Shown: positions 1 through 8,571 of the stretch, piece by piece
Layout of the letters: each line of letters opens with the position of its first letter
Numbering within the stretch: the first letter of the stretch is position 1
NCBI GenBank assembly: GCA_028279805.1
Contig: JANQMZ010000007.1
Span: 60,001-92,000, forward strand
DNA length: 32,000 nt
DNA from: an archaeon
Lineage (GTDB): Archaea > Iainarchaeota > Iainarchaeia > Iainarchaeales > JANQMZ01
Reading direction: 5' to 3'
Program-made: the position numbers and the translations under genes
Notes under the pieces: generated by a model
The model's database searches: none
What the model was told of the DNA's origin: nothing
The model's input: the letters and a program-made list of their open reading frames with translations, nothing else

Positions 1-158
1 TTTCAAAAAGTGCCAAATCTTCTGTTTTAAAATTTTCAATAAACTCTTATGCCCGGAATCTTTCAAAAATTTACAATAATTTGGTACAATTCTCAGATAA
101 ATAGCTTTAAATTGCTTTAATAGCATAATTCTTTAACATTTGTTATATGCGTGATTTT

Positions 159-1124
159 ATGTCTAAAAATATTCTTATAACAGGAATAAACGGTTTTGTC
201 GGTTCTCATTTGGCTGAATATGTTTTGAATAATAAGCTTGGAAATGTTATAGGCTTAAACAGGGATTTTAACACTTCTATTGAAAATATTGCCCAGATTA
301 AAAATAAGATTGAATTGGTTGAATGTGATATTACTGATTCTCATCGTGTTGAATCTGTTGTTAAGGAAACAAAACCTGAACTTGTTTTTCATCTGGCTGC
401 GCAGTCTTTTGTTCCGGCTTCATGGAACTCTCCTGTTGAAACAATGAATACAAATGTTTTAGGCTCTGTTAATCTTTTTGAAGCTGTAAGAAAATTTTCA
501 CCTGAATCTGTTTTGCAGATTGCATGCAGCAGTGAAGAATACGGTTTTGTTAAGGAAACTGAATTACCCATAACTGAAGAACAACCTTTAAGGCCTTTAA
601 GCCCTTATGGTGTCAGCAAAGTTTCAATGGATTTGCTTGGCTATCAGTATTTCAAAAGTTATGGTTTAAAGGTTGTGAGAACAAGAGCGTTTAATCACAC
701 AGGCCCGAGGCGTGGTGAAGTTTTTGTTGTAAGTGACTGGTCTAAACAAATTGCTGAAATTGAAGCTGGTAAAAGAAAACCTTTAATAAAAGTGGGAAAC
801 CTGGAAACAAAAAGAGATTTTTTGGATGTTAGGGATGTTGTTGAAGCTTATTACCTTGCAACACAAAAATGTGATGCCGGGGAAGCTTACAATATTTGTT
901 CCGGTACAGCGTATCCTATGAAAGAATTGCTTAACATGCTTTTGGATTTATCTTCAGCTGACATTAAAACTGAAAAAGACCCTGCAAAAATGAGGCCATC
1001 CGATGTTCAGGTTTTGGTTGGAGATTCAGCAAAGTTCAGGGAAAAAACAGGCTGGAAACCAAAAATTGATTTCAAGCAAACTTTGAAAGACACTCTTGAA
1101 TACTGGCGTAACAGAGTCAAATAA
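159..1124 (+). CDS. NAD-dependent epimerase/dehydratase (SDR), GDP-mannose 4,6-dehydratase / GDP-4-keto-6-deoxymannose reductase-like
   Basis: ILITGINGFVGSHL Rossmann motif, YGVSK catalytic motif, RAFNHTGPRR and C-terminal RPSDVQVLVGDSAKFREKTGWKPKI typical of GDP-mannose dehydratase/RMD. Start placed at the second Met (159), preceded by GTGATTTT. Confidence 0.85.
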   Translation: MSKNILITGINGFVGSHLAEYVLNNKLGNVIGLNRDFNTSIENIAQIKNKIELVECDITDSHRVESVVKETKPELVFHLAAQSFVPASWNSPVETMNTNVLGSVNLFEAVRKFSPESVLQIACSSEEYGFVKETELPITEEQPLRPLSPYGVSKVSMDLLGYQYFKSYGLKVVRTRAFNHTGPRRGEVFVVSDWSKQIAEIEAGKRKPLIKVGNLETKRDFLDVRDVVEAYYLATQKCDAGEAYNICSGTAYPMKELLNMLLDLSSADIKTEKDPAKMRPSDVQVLVGDSAKFREKTGWKPKIDFKQTLKDTLEYWRNRVK

Positions 1125-1147
1125 GTTTTTGAAAAGTTGTTTTTGAA

Positions 1148-2311
1148 ATGAAAATTTTTTATTCTGCGTTGGATTTGTCAATTCCCGGCACTCATGGCGG
1201 TTCTTCTCATGCACTGGAAACAATTAACTCTCTTAAAAAACTTGGCCATGAAGTAATTGTTTTTTGCTCTAATTCAGGAAAACAGCCTTTTTTTGAGCAA
1301 AAAGAAAAAATCACTTTTTACCGTTTTCCTGTTCCCAATTCCGGTTTTTTTAAAATTTTTTTCATGGTTTTTTTGTCAACTGTTTTTGTCAAATATTGCT
1401 TGTTTTTTAAAAAAATTGATGTTATCTGGGAGCGTGCCAGAATTTTTGGAGGCATTGGAGTTTTTTTTGGAAATCTTTTCGGAAAAAAAACCATTTTGGA
1501 ATTAAATGAACCTGTAATTGCAGGTGCGCGAATCTCAAAAAAATTTAAACCAAATTCTTTTTTGTTTAAATCGTTAAAAAACTGGTTTCATTTTACCGCC
1601 AAAAAGGCTAACATTATCACAGTAACCCATTTGTCTCTGGCTAAAAATCTTTCGAAAGAAAAAGTTAAGCTAATAGGTTATGGTGCAAACCCTGAAACTT
1701 TTTCACCGGCTTTAAGATATTCAAATATCAGAAAAAAACTTAATTTGCATAAAGGGCAGACTGTTTTGTATTCAGGTTCTTTCAGGGAATGGCATGCTCT
1801 TAAAAAAATTGTTTTGTCTGCTGAAAAAATTGTTAAAGTTTTTCCGAAAGCAAAATTTTTGTTAATTGGTTCTGGTCCTGAATTTTTAAAAACAAGGCAA
1901 CTGGTTTTTGACAAAAATCTTCAGAACAATGTGTTATTTTTGGGCAAAATTCCGTATAAAAAAATGCCGCAATTTGTTAATGCATCCGATATTTGCCTTG
2001 CTTTGTTTGACCCTGAATATGCTTTGTTTAAAAAGTTTGATTATTTTTATTCTCCTATAAAAGTTCATGAATACAAGGCTTGCGGAAAACCGGTCATTGC
2101 AACCCAGATGGGCAATTTGACAAAATTGGTTCAAAACAATGTTAACGGTTTTACGGTTAAAAACAATAATCCGGATAAAATCGCTCAAAAAATTTCTTTT
2201 TTAATTAAAAATGTTTCCTCTGCAAAAAAAATAGGTAAGTTTAACAGAAAAGAAATTCTGGAAAAAGACAACTGGTTAAATGTTACAAAAGGCATTTTAA
2301 ACAGCTTTTAA
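1148..2311 (+). CDS. Glycosyltransferase family 4 (GT-B)
   Basis: N-terminal GGSSHALETINSLKKLGHEV and C-terminal PIKVHEYKACGKPVIATQMG donor-site motif. Confidence 0.85.
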   Translation: MKIFYSALDLSIPGTHGGSSHALETINSLKKLGHEVIVFCSNSGKQPFFEQKEKITFYRFPVPNSGFFKIFFMVFLSTVFVKYCLFFKKIDVIWERARIFGGIGVFFGNLFGKKTILELNEPVIAGARISKKFKPNSFLFKSLKNWFHFTAKKANIITVTHLSLAKNLSKEKVKLIGYGANPETFSPALRYSNIRKKLNLHKGQTVLYSGSFREWHALKKIVLSAEKIVKVFPKAKFLLIGSGPEFLKTRQLVFDKNLQNNVLFLGKIPYKKMPQFVNASDICLALFDPEYALFKKFDYFYSPIKVHEYKACGKPVIATQMGNLTKLVQNNVNGFTVKNNNPDKIAQKISFLIKNVSSAKKIGKFNRKEILEKDNWLNVTKGILNSF

Positions 2312-2316
2312 ATGCT

Positions 2317-3189
2317 TTATTTTTTTTCTGCGTAAATTTTCATGGCTGTTGCTTTTCCTGTTAAGGCCAAAAGCAGGCTTATTGGATAAATAAAAGGCAT
2401 TGTTATTATGTAAAGCCATTTGTGTTTGTCTAAATCTGTGAAATTTCTTAAAAAAAACCATGGTGTTGAATCAAATCTTATTTTTTTAATTTTAAACCCT
2501 GCTTTGTTTAATGTTTTGCTTATTGTTTTTTTGTTAAAGTGCGTTAAATGAACAGGCGGCTGTAAAGCATACCATTTTTTTTTAAAAAGTTTAAATTCAA
2601 AAGAATCAATGTTTGGCACTTCAATCCAGATCATGCCTCCCGGTTTTAAAATTTTGTGAATTTCTTTTAATTCTTTGAAAGGATGATGCATGTGTTCAAG
2701 TGTGTGAATTATTGCCACCACATCAAAAGAGTTTTTTTTAAATTTGCATTCCAGTAAATCTTTTGTGAAAATTTTTATTCCCAGTTTTTTTGAAATTTTT
2801 TCAGCTGCTTTTTTGTTTATTTCAATTCCTGTCACATTCCAGCCTATTTTTTCTGCATTTTCAAGCAAATATCCCTGGCCTGCACCTATTTCCAAAAATT
2901 TTCCGTTTTTTTTGAAAGGAATTCTTAAATTTAGCTGAAGTTTTAAAAAAATGTCAACAAGTATCCTGTAAAATGTTTTTTTTTGTTCAATTTTGTGTTT
3001 TTCATAAGTTTTTGGATAATATTTTCCTATTTCTTTTTCACTCGGGCGCGGATTTAAATAAACCAATTCACAGTTTTGGCATTTGTTGTATGAAAAATTT
3101 CCTTTATTTCCGTATAAAATATCTTTTGCGGTAATAAAATGTTTTTTTTCCTTTGAACTGCAAAAAGGGCATTTGTTCACTGTTTCCAT
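2317..3189 (-). CDS. Class I SAM-dependent methyltransferase with N-terminal Cys4 zinc-ribbon-like segment
   Basis: CPFC...CQNCELVYLNPRP, then FLEIGAGQGYLLENAEKIGWNVTGIEIN SAM-binding motif and IHTLEHMHHP. Confidence 0.85.
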   Translation of the reverse strand: METVNKCPFCSSKEKKHFITAKDILYGNKGNFSYNKCQNCELVYLNPRPSEKEIGKYYPKTYEKHKIEQKKTFYRILVDIFLKLQLNLRIPFKKNGKFLEIGAGQGYLLENAEKIGWNVTGIEINKKAAEKISKKLGIKIFTKDLLECKFKKNSFDVVAIIHTLEHMHHPFKELKEIHKILKPGGMIWIEVPNIDSFEFKLFKKKWYALQPPVHLTHFNKKTISKTLNKAGFKIKKIRFDSTPWFFLRNFTDLDKHKWLYIITMPFIYPISLLLALTGKATAMKIYAEKK

Positions 3190-3240
3190 TCTAAAAAGAG
3201 AAAGTAATCAAATTTAAACAGTTCGTGTTTAGGGTTATAC

Positions 3241-3906
3241 ATGAAAAAATCAATTATTATTCCTTCATTTAATGAGGAAAAAGGTTTGCCTGATGTTGTT
3301 AAACGGTGTAAAAAAGTTTTAAACAGGGGTGATGAAATCATTGTTGTTGATGATGGTTCTCAGGACAAAACGTTTGAAACAGCTAAAAAGCTTGGCGTGC
3401 GTGTTTTAAAACATTCAAAAAATTTGGGAAAAACATCTGCTCTTAAAACAGGTTTTAATGCTGCTAAAAATGATGTTATTGTTACGATTGACGGTGATGC
3501 AACTTATCCTCCTGAAAAAATTCCTGACCTGGTTAAAGAATTGGAAAATGCTGATTTGGTTGTCGGAACCCGTTTTAGAAAAATGTGGCCAAAAGATTTG
3601 TCTTGGATTCGTGTTGCTGCAAACAAGCTTGGAGCTTTGTTTGCAAGTGTTTTGTTTCAGAGAAAAATTACGGATGTTACAACTGGAATGCGTGCTTTTA
3701 GAAAAAATGTTTTAAAAAAAATTCCAGAAATTAGGGCAAAAGGGCTTGATTTTGAAGCTGAATTAACTTCGAGAGCAATAACAAGCGGTTTGGAATACAG
3801 GGAGGTTCGTGTTATTCCGGAGTTAAGGGAAGGACAATCAAATTTGCAGTTTTTCAGTCACATGTGGCTTTTTTTTAAAGCAATTATCAGGGGAAAATTT
3901 TTCTGA
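3241..3906 (+). CDS. Glycosyltransferase family 2, dolichyl-phosphate-sugar synthase-like
   Basis: SIIIPSFNEEKGLPDVVKRC, IIVVDDGSQDKT, VTIDGDATYPPEKIPDLV; C-terminal TGMRAFR motif. Confidence 0.9.
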   Translation: MKKSIIIPSFNEEKGLPDVVKRCKKVLNRGDEIIVVDDGSQDKTFETAKKLGVRVLKHSKNLGKTSALKTGFNAAKNDVIVTIDGDATYPPEKIPDLVKELENADLVVGTRFRKMWPKDLSWIRVAANKLGALFASVLFQRKITDVTTGMRAFRKNVLKKIPEIRAKGLDFEAELTSRAITSGLEYREVRVIPELREGQSNLQFFSHMWLFFKAIIRGKFF

Positions 3907-3977
3907 TTATTTTCTTTTTTTTTGCTTTTGAAATATTACTAACATAAATAAAAATTTCTATCAGTGAAAACAATTTT

Positions 3978-5174
3978 TTAAGCATTTAAAGTTTCCTTGT
4001 AAGCCTGTTCAAATTTTTGGGTTAAAAAATTCCATGAATAATTTTGCTGAACGTGTTTTAAACCCTGTTTTACTATTTTTTGTTCAAGTTTTTGGTTTTT
4101 TAACATTTTAATACTTTTAACAATGCTTTCATCTGAATTTGGTTCAAATAATAATCCTGTTTTTTTATGTTTTACAACTTCAGGAATTCCCCCTGTTTTT
4201 GATGCCAGCAACGGTTTTTTCATTGCCAGTGTTTCAAGCATTAAATGAGGGAATGGGTCGTATAATGAGGGCATTATAACCATTGAACTTTTCGAAATTA
4301 TTTCAGGCATTTTGCTTCTTTTCACTTTTCCTAACAATTCCACATTTTTTTCCAGCCCAAAAACTGCAATTTGTTTCACAATTTTTTCTTTTTCAGGCCC
4401 GGTGCCAATAATCTTTAACCTTAATTCCGGATTTTCTTTCACTAACTCCTTCATTGCTTTAATTAAATGGCTTATTCCTTTCCATTTAACAAGCCTTCCT
4501 GAAAATAAAATATATTTTTTTGTCTGTGAAAACTTTTTGTAATTAAAGAGTTGCAAATCAACAGCGTTCCTTAAAACAATTGTTTTTATTTTTTTAATTC
4601 TTTTTTTTAGTAACTGGTTTTGCTGGAATTCACTTGGGCATGCAATTTTTGTTGAATGTTTTTCAAGCCAGTTTTGTATTTTGTCAAAAAATTTTATTTT
4701 TAAAGGCATTTTTTTATTTGCAGAATATTTGTTTTTTATTTTTTCATAAGGCATTTTACCATAGTTCATTAAATATTCTAATGATAAGTCACCTGTGTAT
4801 TTTGACAAAATCGGAATGTTTGAAAATGCTATTTTTTTTCCGAGTATTGATGCAAGAGCACTTAAATTTAAATCATGTGCATGTATTAAATCCGGTTTAA
4901 ATTTTTTTATTCTTTGAGCTACAAGCAAGGACATTGATAATGCTGACAAAATATTTGAAAAAGTTGAACTTTTTTCAGCATTCTGGGAGGGCTGCCATGC
5001 TCTGAAAACAGCAAAACCTTGTTCTTTTGTTTTCTTTTTAAAACCGGGAAATTTTACTGTTACAATTTGAACCTGATGCCCTTTTTCTGAAAGTTTTTTG
5101 CTTAATTCAGGCACGCTTGACGCGGGACCCCCTATTTTTGGAGGATAATTTGCTGAAACCATTAATATTTTCAT
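3978..5174 (-). CDS. Glycosyltransferase family 4
   Basis: NYPPKIGGPASSVPELSKKL; C-terminal MPSLYDPFPHLMLETLAMKKPLLASKTGGIPEVV. Confidence 0.9.
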   Translation of the reverse strand: MKILMVSANYPPKIGGPASSVPELSKKLSEKGHQVQIVTVKFPGFKKKTKEQGFAVFRAWQPSQNAEKSSTFSNILSALSMSLLVAQRIKKFKPDLIHAHDLNLSALASILGKKIAFSNIPILSKYTGDLSLEYLMNYGKMPYEKIKNKYSANKKMPLKIKFFDKIQNWLEKHSTKIACPSEFQQNQLLKKRIKKIKTIVLRNAVDLQLFNYKKFSQTKKYILFSGRLVKWKGISHLIKAMKELVKENPELRLKIIGTGPEKEKIVKQIAVFGLEKNVELLGKVKRSKMPEIISKSSMVIMPSLYDPFPHLMLETLAMKKPLLASKTGGIPEVVKHKKTGLLFEPNSDESIVKSIKMLKNQKLEQKIVKQGLKHVQQNYSWNFLTQKFEQAYKETLNA

Positions 5175-5178
5175 TTTT

Positions 5179-5186
5179 GCACCAAA
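5179..5186 (-). promoter_or_regulatory. TTTTGGTGC element upstream of GT4 gene 3978-5174
   Basis: Minus strand AAAAGTATAGCTGTTTTGGTGCAAAAATG. Confidence 0.4.
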
Positions 5187-5246
5187 ACAGCTATACTTTT
5201 CTAAAATCAGATTTTAAATAGTTGTGCAATTAAGTTATTTTTAGTT

Positions 5247-5255
5247 TTTTGGTGC
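5247..5255 (+). promoter_or_regulatory. TTTTGGTGC element upstream of wecB-like gene
   Basis: GTTATTTTTAGTTTTTTGGTGCTTTTATG. Confidence 0.4.
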
Positions 5256-5259
5256 TTTT

Positions 5260-6354
5260 ATGAAAAAGATAGCGGTTGTTTTTGGCACAAGGCCTGAAAT
5301 AATAAAATTAAGCCAGTTGATTCATCTTTTCCATAAAAACAGGAAAACAAAGCTTTTTTTGGTTCACACTGACCAGCATTATTCTTCTTCAATGAGTGAT
5401 ATTTTTTTAAAAGAATTAAAACTTCCAAAAACAACTCACAGCTTAAAAGTTGGTTCTTCAGAACAGGCTTCACAGGTTGGAAAAATTTTAACACGTTTTG
5501 AAAAATTTTTGTTAAACAAAAAACCGGACATGGTTATTGCTGCCGGTGACACCAATTCAGGCCTTGCTGCAGCTATTGCTTCAAAAAAACTTGGTTTTAA
5601 GTTTGCACATGTTGAATCCGGTTACAGGTCTTTTGACAGAAACATGCAGGAAGAAATGAACAGAATTTTAATGGACCAAATTTCAGATTATTGTTTTGCT
5701 CCTTCAAAAGAAGCTGTTAAAAATCTTAAAAAAAGTGAAGCTTTAAAAAAATCTGTTTTTTTAACAGGCAACACTGTTGTTGATGCGACAAAACGTTCTA
5801 TCAAACTCTCAAAAAATTCCAAAATTTTAAAAAAATTTGCTTTAAATAAAAACAATTTTTCTCTTGTAACTTTGCACAGGCATGAAAACACGGATAACAA
5901 AAAAAGACTTTCCAGTATTGTTTCAGCTTTAACCAAACTTGAGGATAAAATTGTTTACCCTGTTCATCCCCGTGCAAAAAAAATGCTTAAAAAATTTGGT
6001 TTGTGGAAAAAACTTTCAAATGCTGAAAACATTAAACTTGTCAACCCTGTTGGTTATCTGGATTTTTTAAAACTCTGCATTAATTCTAAAATAATTTTAA
6101 CAGATTCCGGGGGAATTCAGCAGGAAGTAACTGTTTATAAAAAACCTGTTCTTGTTCTGCGTGAAAATACTGAAATGCCTGAAATAATCGGCGTTTATGG
6201 TTTTCTTTCAGGCTGGAAAGAAAAAAACATTGTCCGTGATTATAAAAAAGTTTTGAAAAATTATTCAAAAATTTTGAAAAAAATAAAAAAATTAAAATCT
6301 CCTTATGGTGACGGAAAAGCAAGCCAAAAAATTATGAAAATTATTCTTTCATAA
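5260..6354 (+). CDS. wecB: UDP-N-acetylglucosamine 2-epimerase (non-hydrolysing)
   Basis: VVFGTRPEIIKLSQLI, HVESGYRSFDRNMQEEMNRILMD, LTDSGGIQQEV signature motifs. Confidence 0.9.
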   Translation: MKKIAVVFGTRPEIIKLSQLIHLFHKNRKTKLFLVHTDQHYSSSMSDIFLKELKLPKTTHSLKVGSSEQASQVGKILTRFEKFLLNKKPDMVIAAGDTNSGLAAAIASKKLGFKFAHVESGYRSFDRNMQEEMNRILMDQISDYCFAPSKEAVKNLKKSEALKKSVFLTGNTVVDATKRSIKLSKNSKILKKFALNKNNFSLVTLHRHENTDNKKRLSSIVSALTKLEDKIVYPVHPRAKKMLKKFGLWKKLSNAENIKLVNPVGYLDFLKLCINSKIILTDSGGIQQEVTVYKKPVLVLRENTEMPEIIGVYGFLSGWKEKNIVRDYKKVLKNYSKILKKIKKLKSPYGDGKASQKIMKIILS

Positions 6355-7503
6355 TAACAGTTTTTGATAAAAAGCTTCAAGTTTTTTTGAAAGAAAAACC
6401 CAGTTAAACTCTGTTTTAACCGCTTTTTTCCCATTTTTTCCCATTTTTTCCCTTAATTTTTTGTTTAATAAAAGTTTTTTTACTGCCTGTGCATATTTTT
6501 CAGGTGCTGGCTGTGAAGCAATTCCTGTTTTATATTTTTGAAAAAATTTTTTCAATTCTTTTGTATCTGAACCAATGATTGGTTTTTCCATTGCCATGTA
6601 TTCAAAAACTTTTAAAGGCAACGCAATGTCTCCGGCGTCTCCTTTGGGAAGCATTACAAGGCAGACATCCGCTCCTTTGATATATTTTGGCACTTCTTTA
6701 TATGGAACAAATCCCAAAAATTTTACATTTTTTTCAAGTTTTTCTTTTTTTGTCATTTGTTTTATTTCTGCAAGTTTTGGCCCTTTTCCCAAAAAATAAA
6801 ATTTTACATTTGGCAAACTTTTTGCAACAATTTTTGCGCTTTCCAATATAAAGTCACCTTTTGCCCATCCTTCCAGATATCCTACATGTAAAACCGCGGG
6901 CTTTTCAAGTTTTTTTTGTTTTGTTTTTGTGTTAAAAATTTTTAAGTTTGCAGCATTGGGAACGGCAAAAGTTGTCTGCTTTGGTGCAATTTTTTTAACA
7001 ACTTGTCCCTGGTATTCTGATACAACTATAACTGCATCTGTTTTTTGCATGTTTTGTTTTACTACAAATTTTACAAGCTTTTCTCTTATTGAATTTTTCG
7101 GAGCCAGTCCGGAAATGGTAAACTCTTCAAGTGTTAATCCGTCCATTCCGTATAAAATTTTTCTTTTTCCGATAAAAGGTTTTGACAGTAAAGCTGAAAA
7201 TGTTCCCACATCTGCTTGTCCGTGCACGATGTCTATTTTTTCTTTCCAGCATAATTTTATTGTGTTAAAAAAAAGCCATGGAACCATTAATATTGCAAGC
7301 CATCTTGTAGGTTTTCTGAATTCAGGGACTCTGTAAACTTTTATTCCGTCAATTTTTTCAAAACTTTTTTGTTTTCCTCTTTTGGAGCATAATATTGTTA
7401 TTTCATGTCCCGATTTTTTAAGATTTTTGCAAAACTCCCACATTCTAAGCCCAATGCCTATTTTTGCAGGTATTTCCAGTTGACCGGTCATCAGTATTCT
7501 CAT
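6349..7503 (-). CDS. Glycosyltransferase family 4
   Basis: RMWEFCKNLKKSGHEITILC; C-terminal PLKVFEYMAMEKPIIGSDTKELKKF. Confidence 0.88.
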   Translation of the reverse strand: MRILMTGQLEIPAKIGIGLRMWEFCKNLKKSGHEITILCSKRGKQKSFEKIDGIKVYRVPEFRKPTRWLAILMVPWLFFNTIKLCWKEKIDIVHGQADVGTFSALLSKPFIGKRKILYGMDGLTLEEFTISGLAPKNSIREKLVKFVVKQNMQKTDAVIVVSEYQGQVVKKIAPKQTTFAVPNAANLKIFNTKTKQKKLEKPAVLHVGYLEGWAKGDFILESAKIVAKSLPNVKFYFLGKGPKLAEIKQMTKKEKLEKNVKFLGFVPYKEVPKYIKGADVCLVMLPKGDAGDIALPLKVFEYMAMEKPIIGSDTKELKKFFQKYKTGIASQPAPEKYAQAVKKLLLNKKLREKMGKNGKKAVKTEFNWVFLSKKLEAFYQKLLL

Positions 7504-7546
7504 TGTTTTACCCTTTGATTAATTGTTTATAATACATTAAAAACTC

Positions 7547-7557
7547 TTTTGGTGCAA
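7547..7557 (+). promoter_or_regulatory. TTTTGGTGCAA element upstream of SDR gene 7569
   Basis: CATTAAAAACTCTTTTGGTGCAATTTTTTTTGTTATG. Confidence 0.4.
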
Positions 7558-7568
7558 TTTTTTTTGTT

Positions 7569-8528
7569 ATGCATATTAAAAACAAATCAGTTGTTGTTAC
7601 CGGTGGAGCCGGTTTTATTGGCTCTCATCTGGTTGATTCTCTTGTTAGAGAAAAACCTGAAAAAATAACTGTGCTTTCAAATTTTTTTTTAGGCTCTCCG
7701 AATAATTTAAAAAATTCTTTTAATGAAATGCCCGGCCTTGAAATTAAAAAGCTTGATGTTTCGCATGAAACTGATGTTAAAAATTTTTTTAAAAAAAACA
7801 ATGTTGATATTGTTTTTAATCTGGCTGTAATTCCTTTGCTTGTTTCTCTTGAAAATCCTAAATGGTGCATGGAACAAAATATTTCCATAACCACAAATAT
7901 TTGTGAAGCAATGCGTGAAAATTTTTTTGAAAAACTTGTTCATTTTTCTTCATCTGAAGCTTATGGTTCTGCTTTAAATGTTCCGATGTCTGAATCTCAT
8001 CCTTTAAATCCTGAAACTCCTTATGCTGCAAGCAAAGCGGCATCGGATCATATTGCTTTGTCTTATCACAGAACTTTTGATTTGAATATTTCGGTTGTCA
8101 GGCCTTTTAACAATTATGGTCCGAGACAGAATGCCGGAAAGTTTGCCGGAATTATTCCTTTAATGATTAAAAAAATGTTTGAAAACCAGCCTGTTCATAT
8201 TTTTGGGGATGGAACTCAGACAAGAGATTTTATTTATGTAACTGATACTGCCCAGGGTGCAATAAGTGTTTGCAAAAATGAAAAAACAAATGGCCATATT
8301 ATAAATCTTGGCTCGGGAGAGGAAACATCTGTTAATAAACTGGTTTCAATTCTTGCAAAAGAAACCGGTTATAAAAAAACACCTGTTAAAAAGCCAGCCC
8401 GTCCGGGAGATGTGATGAGGCATCTGGCTGATATAAGCCTTGCAAAAAAACTTATTGATTTTAAGCCTGAAACCGGCATTGAACAGGGTTTAAAAAAAAC
8501 TGTTGCGTGGTATAAGAAAAATCTTTGA
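7569..8528 (+). CDS. NAD-dependent sugar epimerase/dehydratase (UDP-glucose 4-epimerase / UDP-glucuronate decarboxylase-like SDR)
   Basis: VVVTGGAGFIGSHLVDSL, YAASKAASD active site, RPFNNYGPRQNAGKFAGIIPLMI. Confidence 0.88.
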   Translation: MHIKNKSVVVTGGAGFIGSHLVDSLVREKPEKITVLSNFFLGSPNNLKNSFNEMPGLEIKKLDVSHETDVKNFFKKNNVDIVFNLAVIPLLVSLENPKWCMEQNISITTNICEAMRENFFEKLVHFSSSEAYGSALNVPMSESHPLNPETPYAASKAASDHIALSYHRTFDLNISVVRPFNNYGPRQNAGKFAGIIPLMIKKMFENQPVHIFGDGTQTRDFIYVTDTAQGAISVCKNEKTNGHIINLGSGEETSVNKLVSILAKETGYKKTPVKKPARPGDVMRHLADISLAKKLIDFKPETGIEQGLKKTVAWYKKNL

Positions 8529-8571
8529 ACTTTTAAACAGTTTATTGTTAAATTTTGACAGGGTATTGGTA

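Noticed and set aside
389-571. Numerous short ORFs on the strand opposite well-supported genes (e.g. 389-571, 1678-1914, 5688-5936, 6929-7336, 11610-11813, 23574-23993)
   Set aside because: Antisense to clear CDSs, low complexity (Phe/Leu/Lys-rich) and no recognisable domains; expected by-product of AT-rich codon bias.
6970-7000. Another TTTGGTGCAATTTTTTT match
   Set aside because: Lies inside the coding sequence of the 6349-7503 GT4 gene (reverse strand IAPK region) with no TATA partner; taken as background occurrence and noted as a caution for the motif finding.
8503-8571. N-terminal extension MRGIRKIFELLNSLLLNFDRVLV of the deacetylase-like ORF
   Set aside because: Overlaps the end of the preceding SDR gene; ATG at 8572 after a short intergenic region is more plausible.
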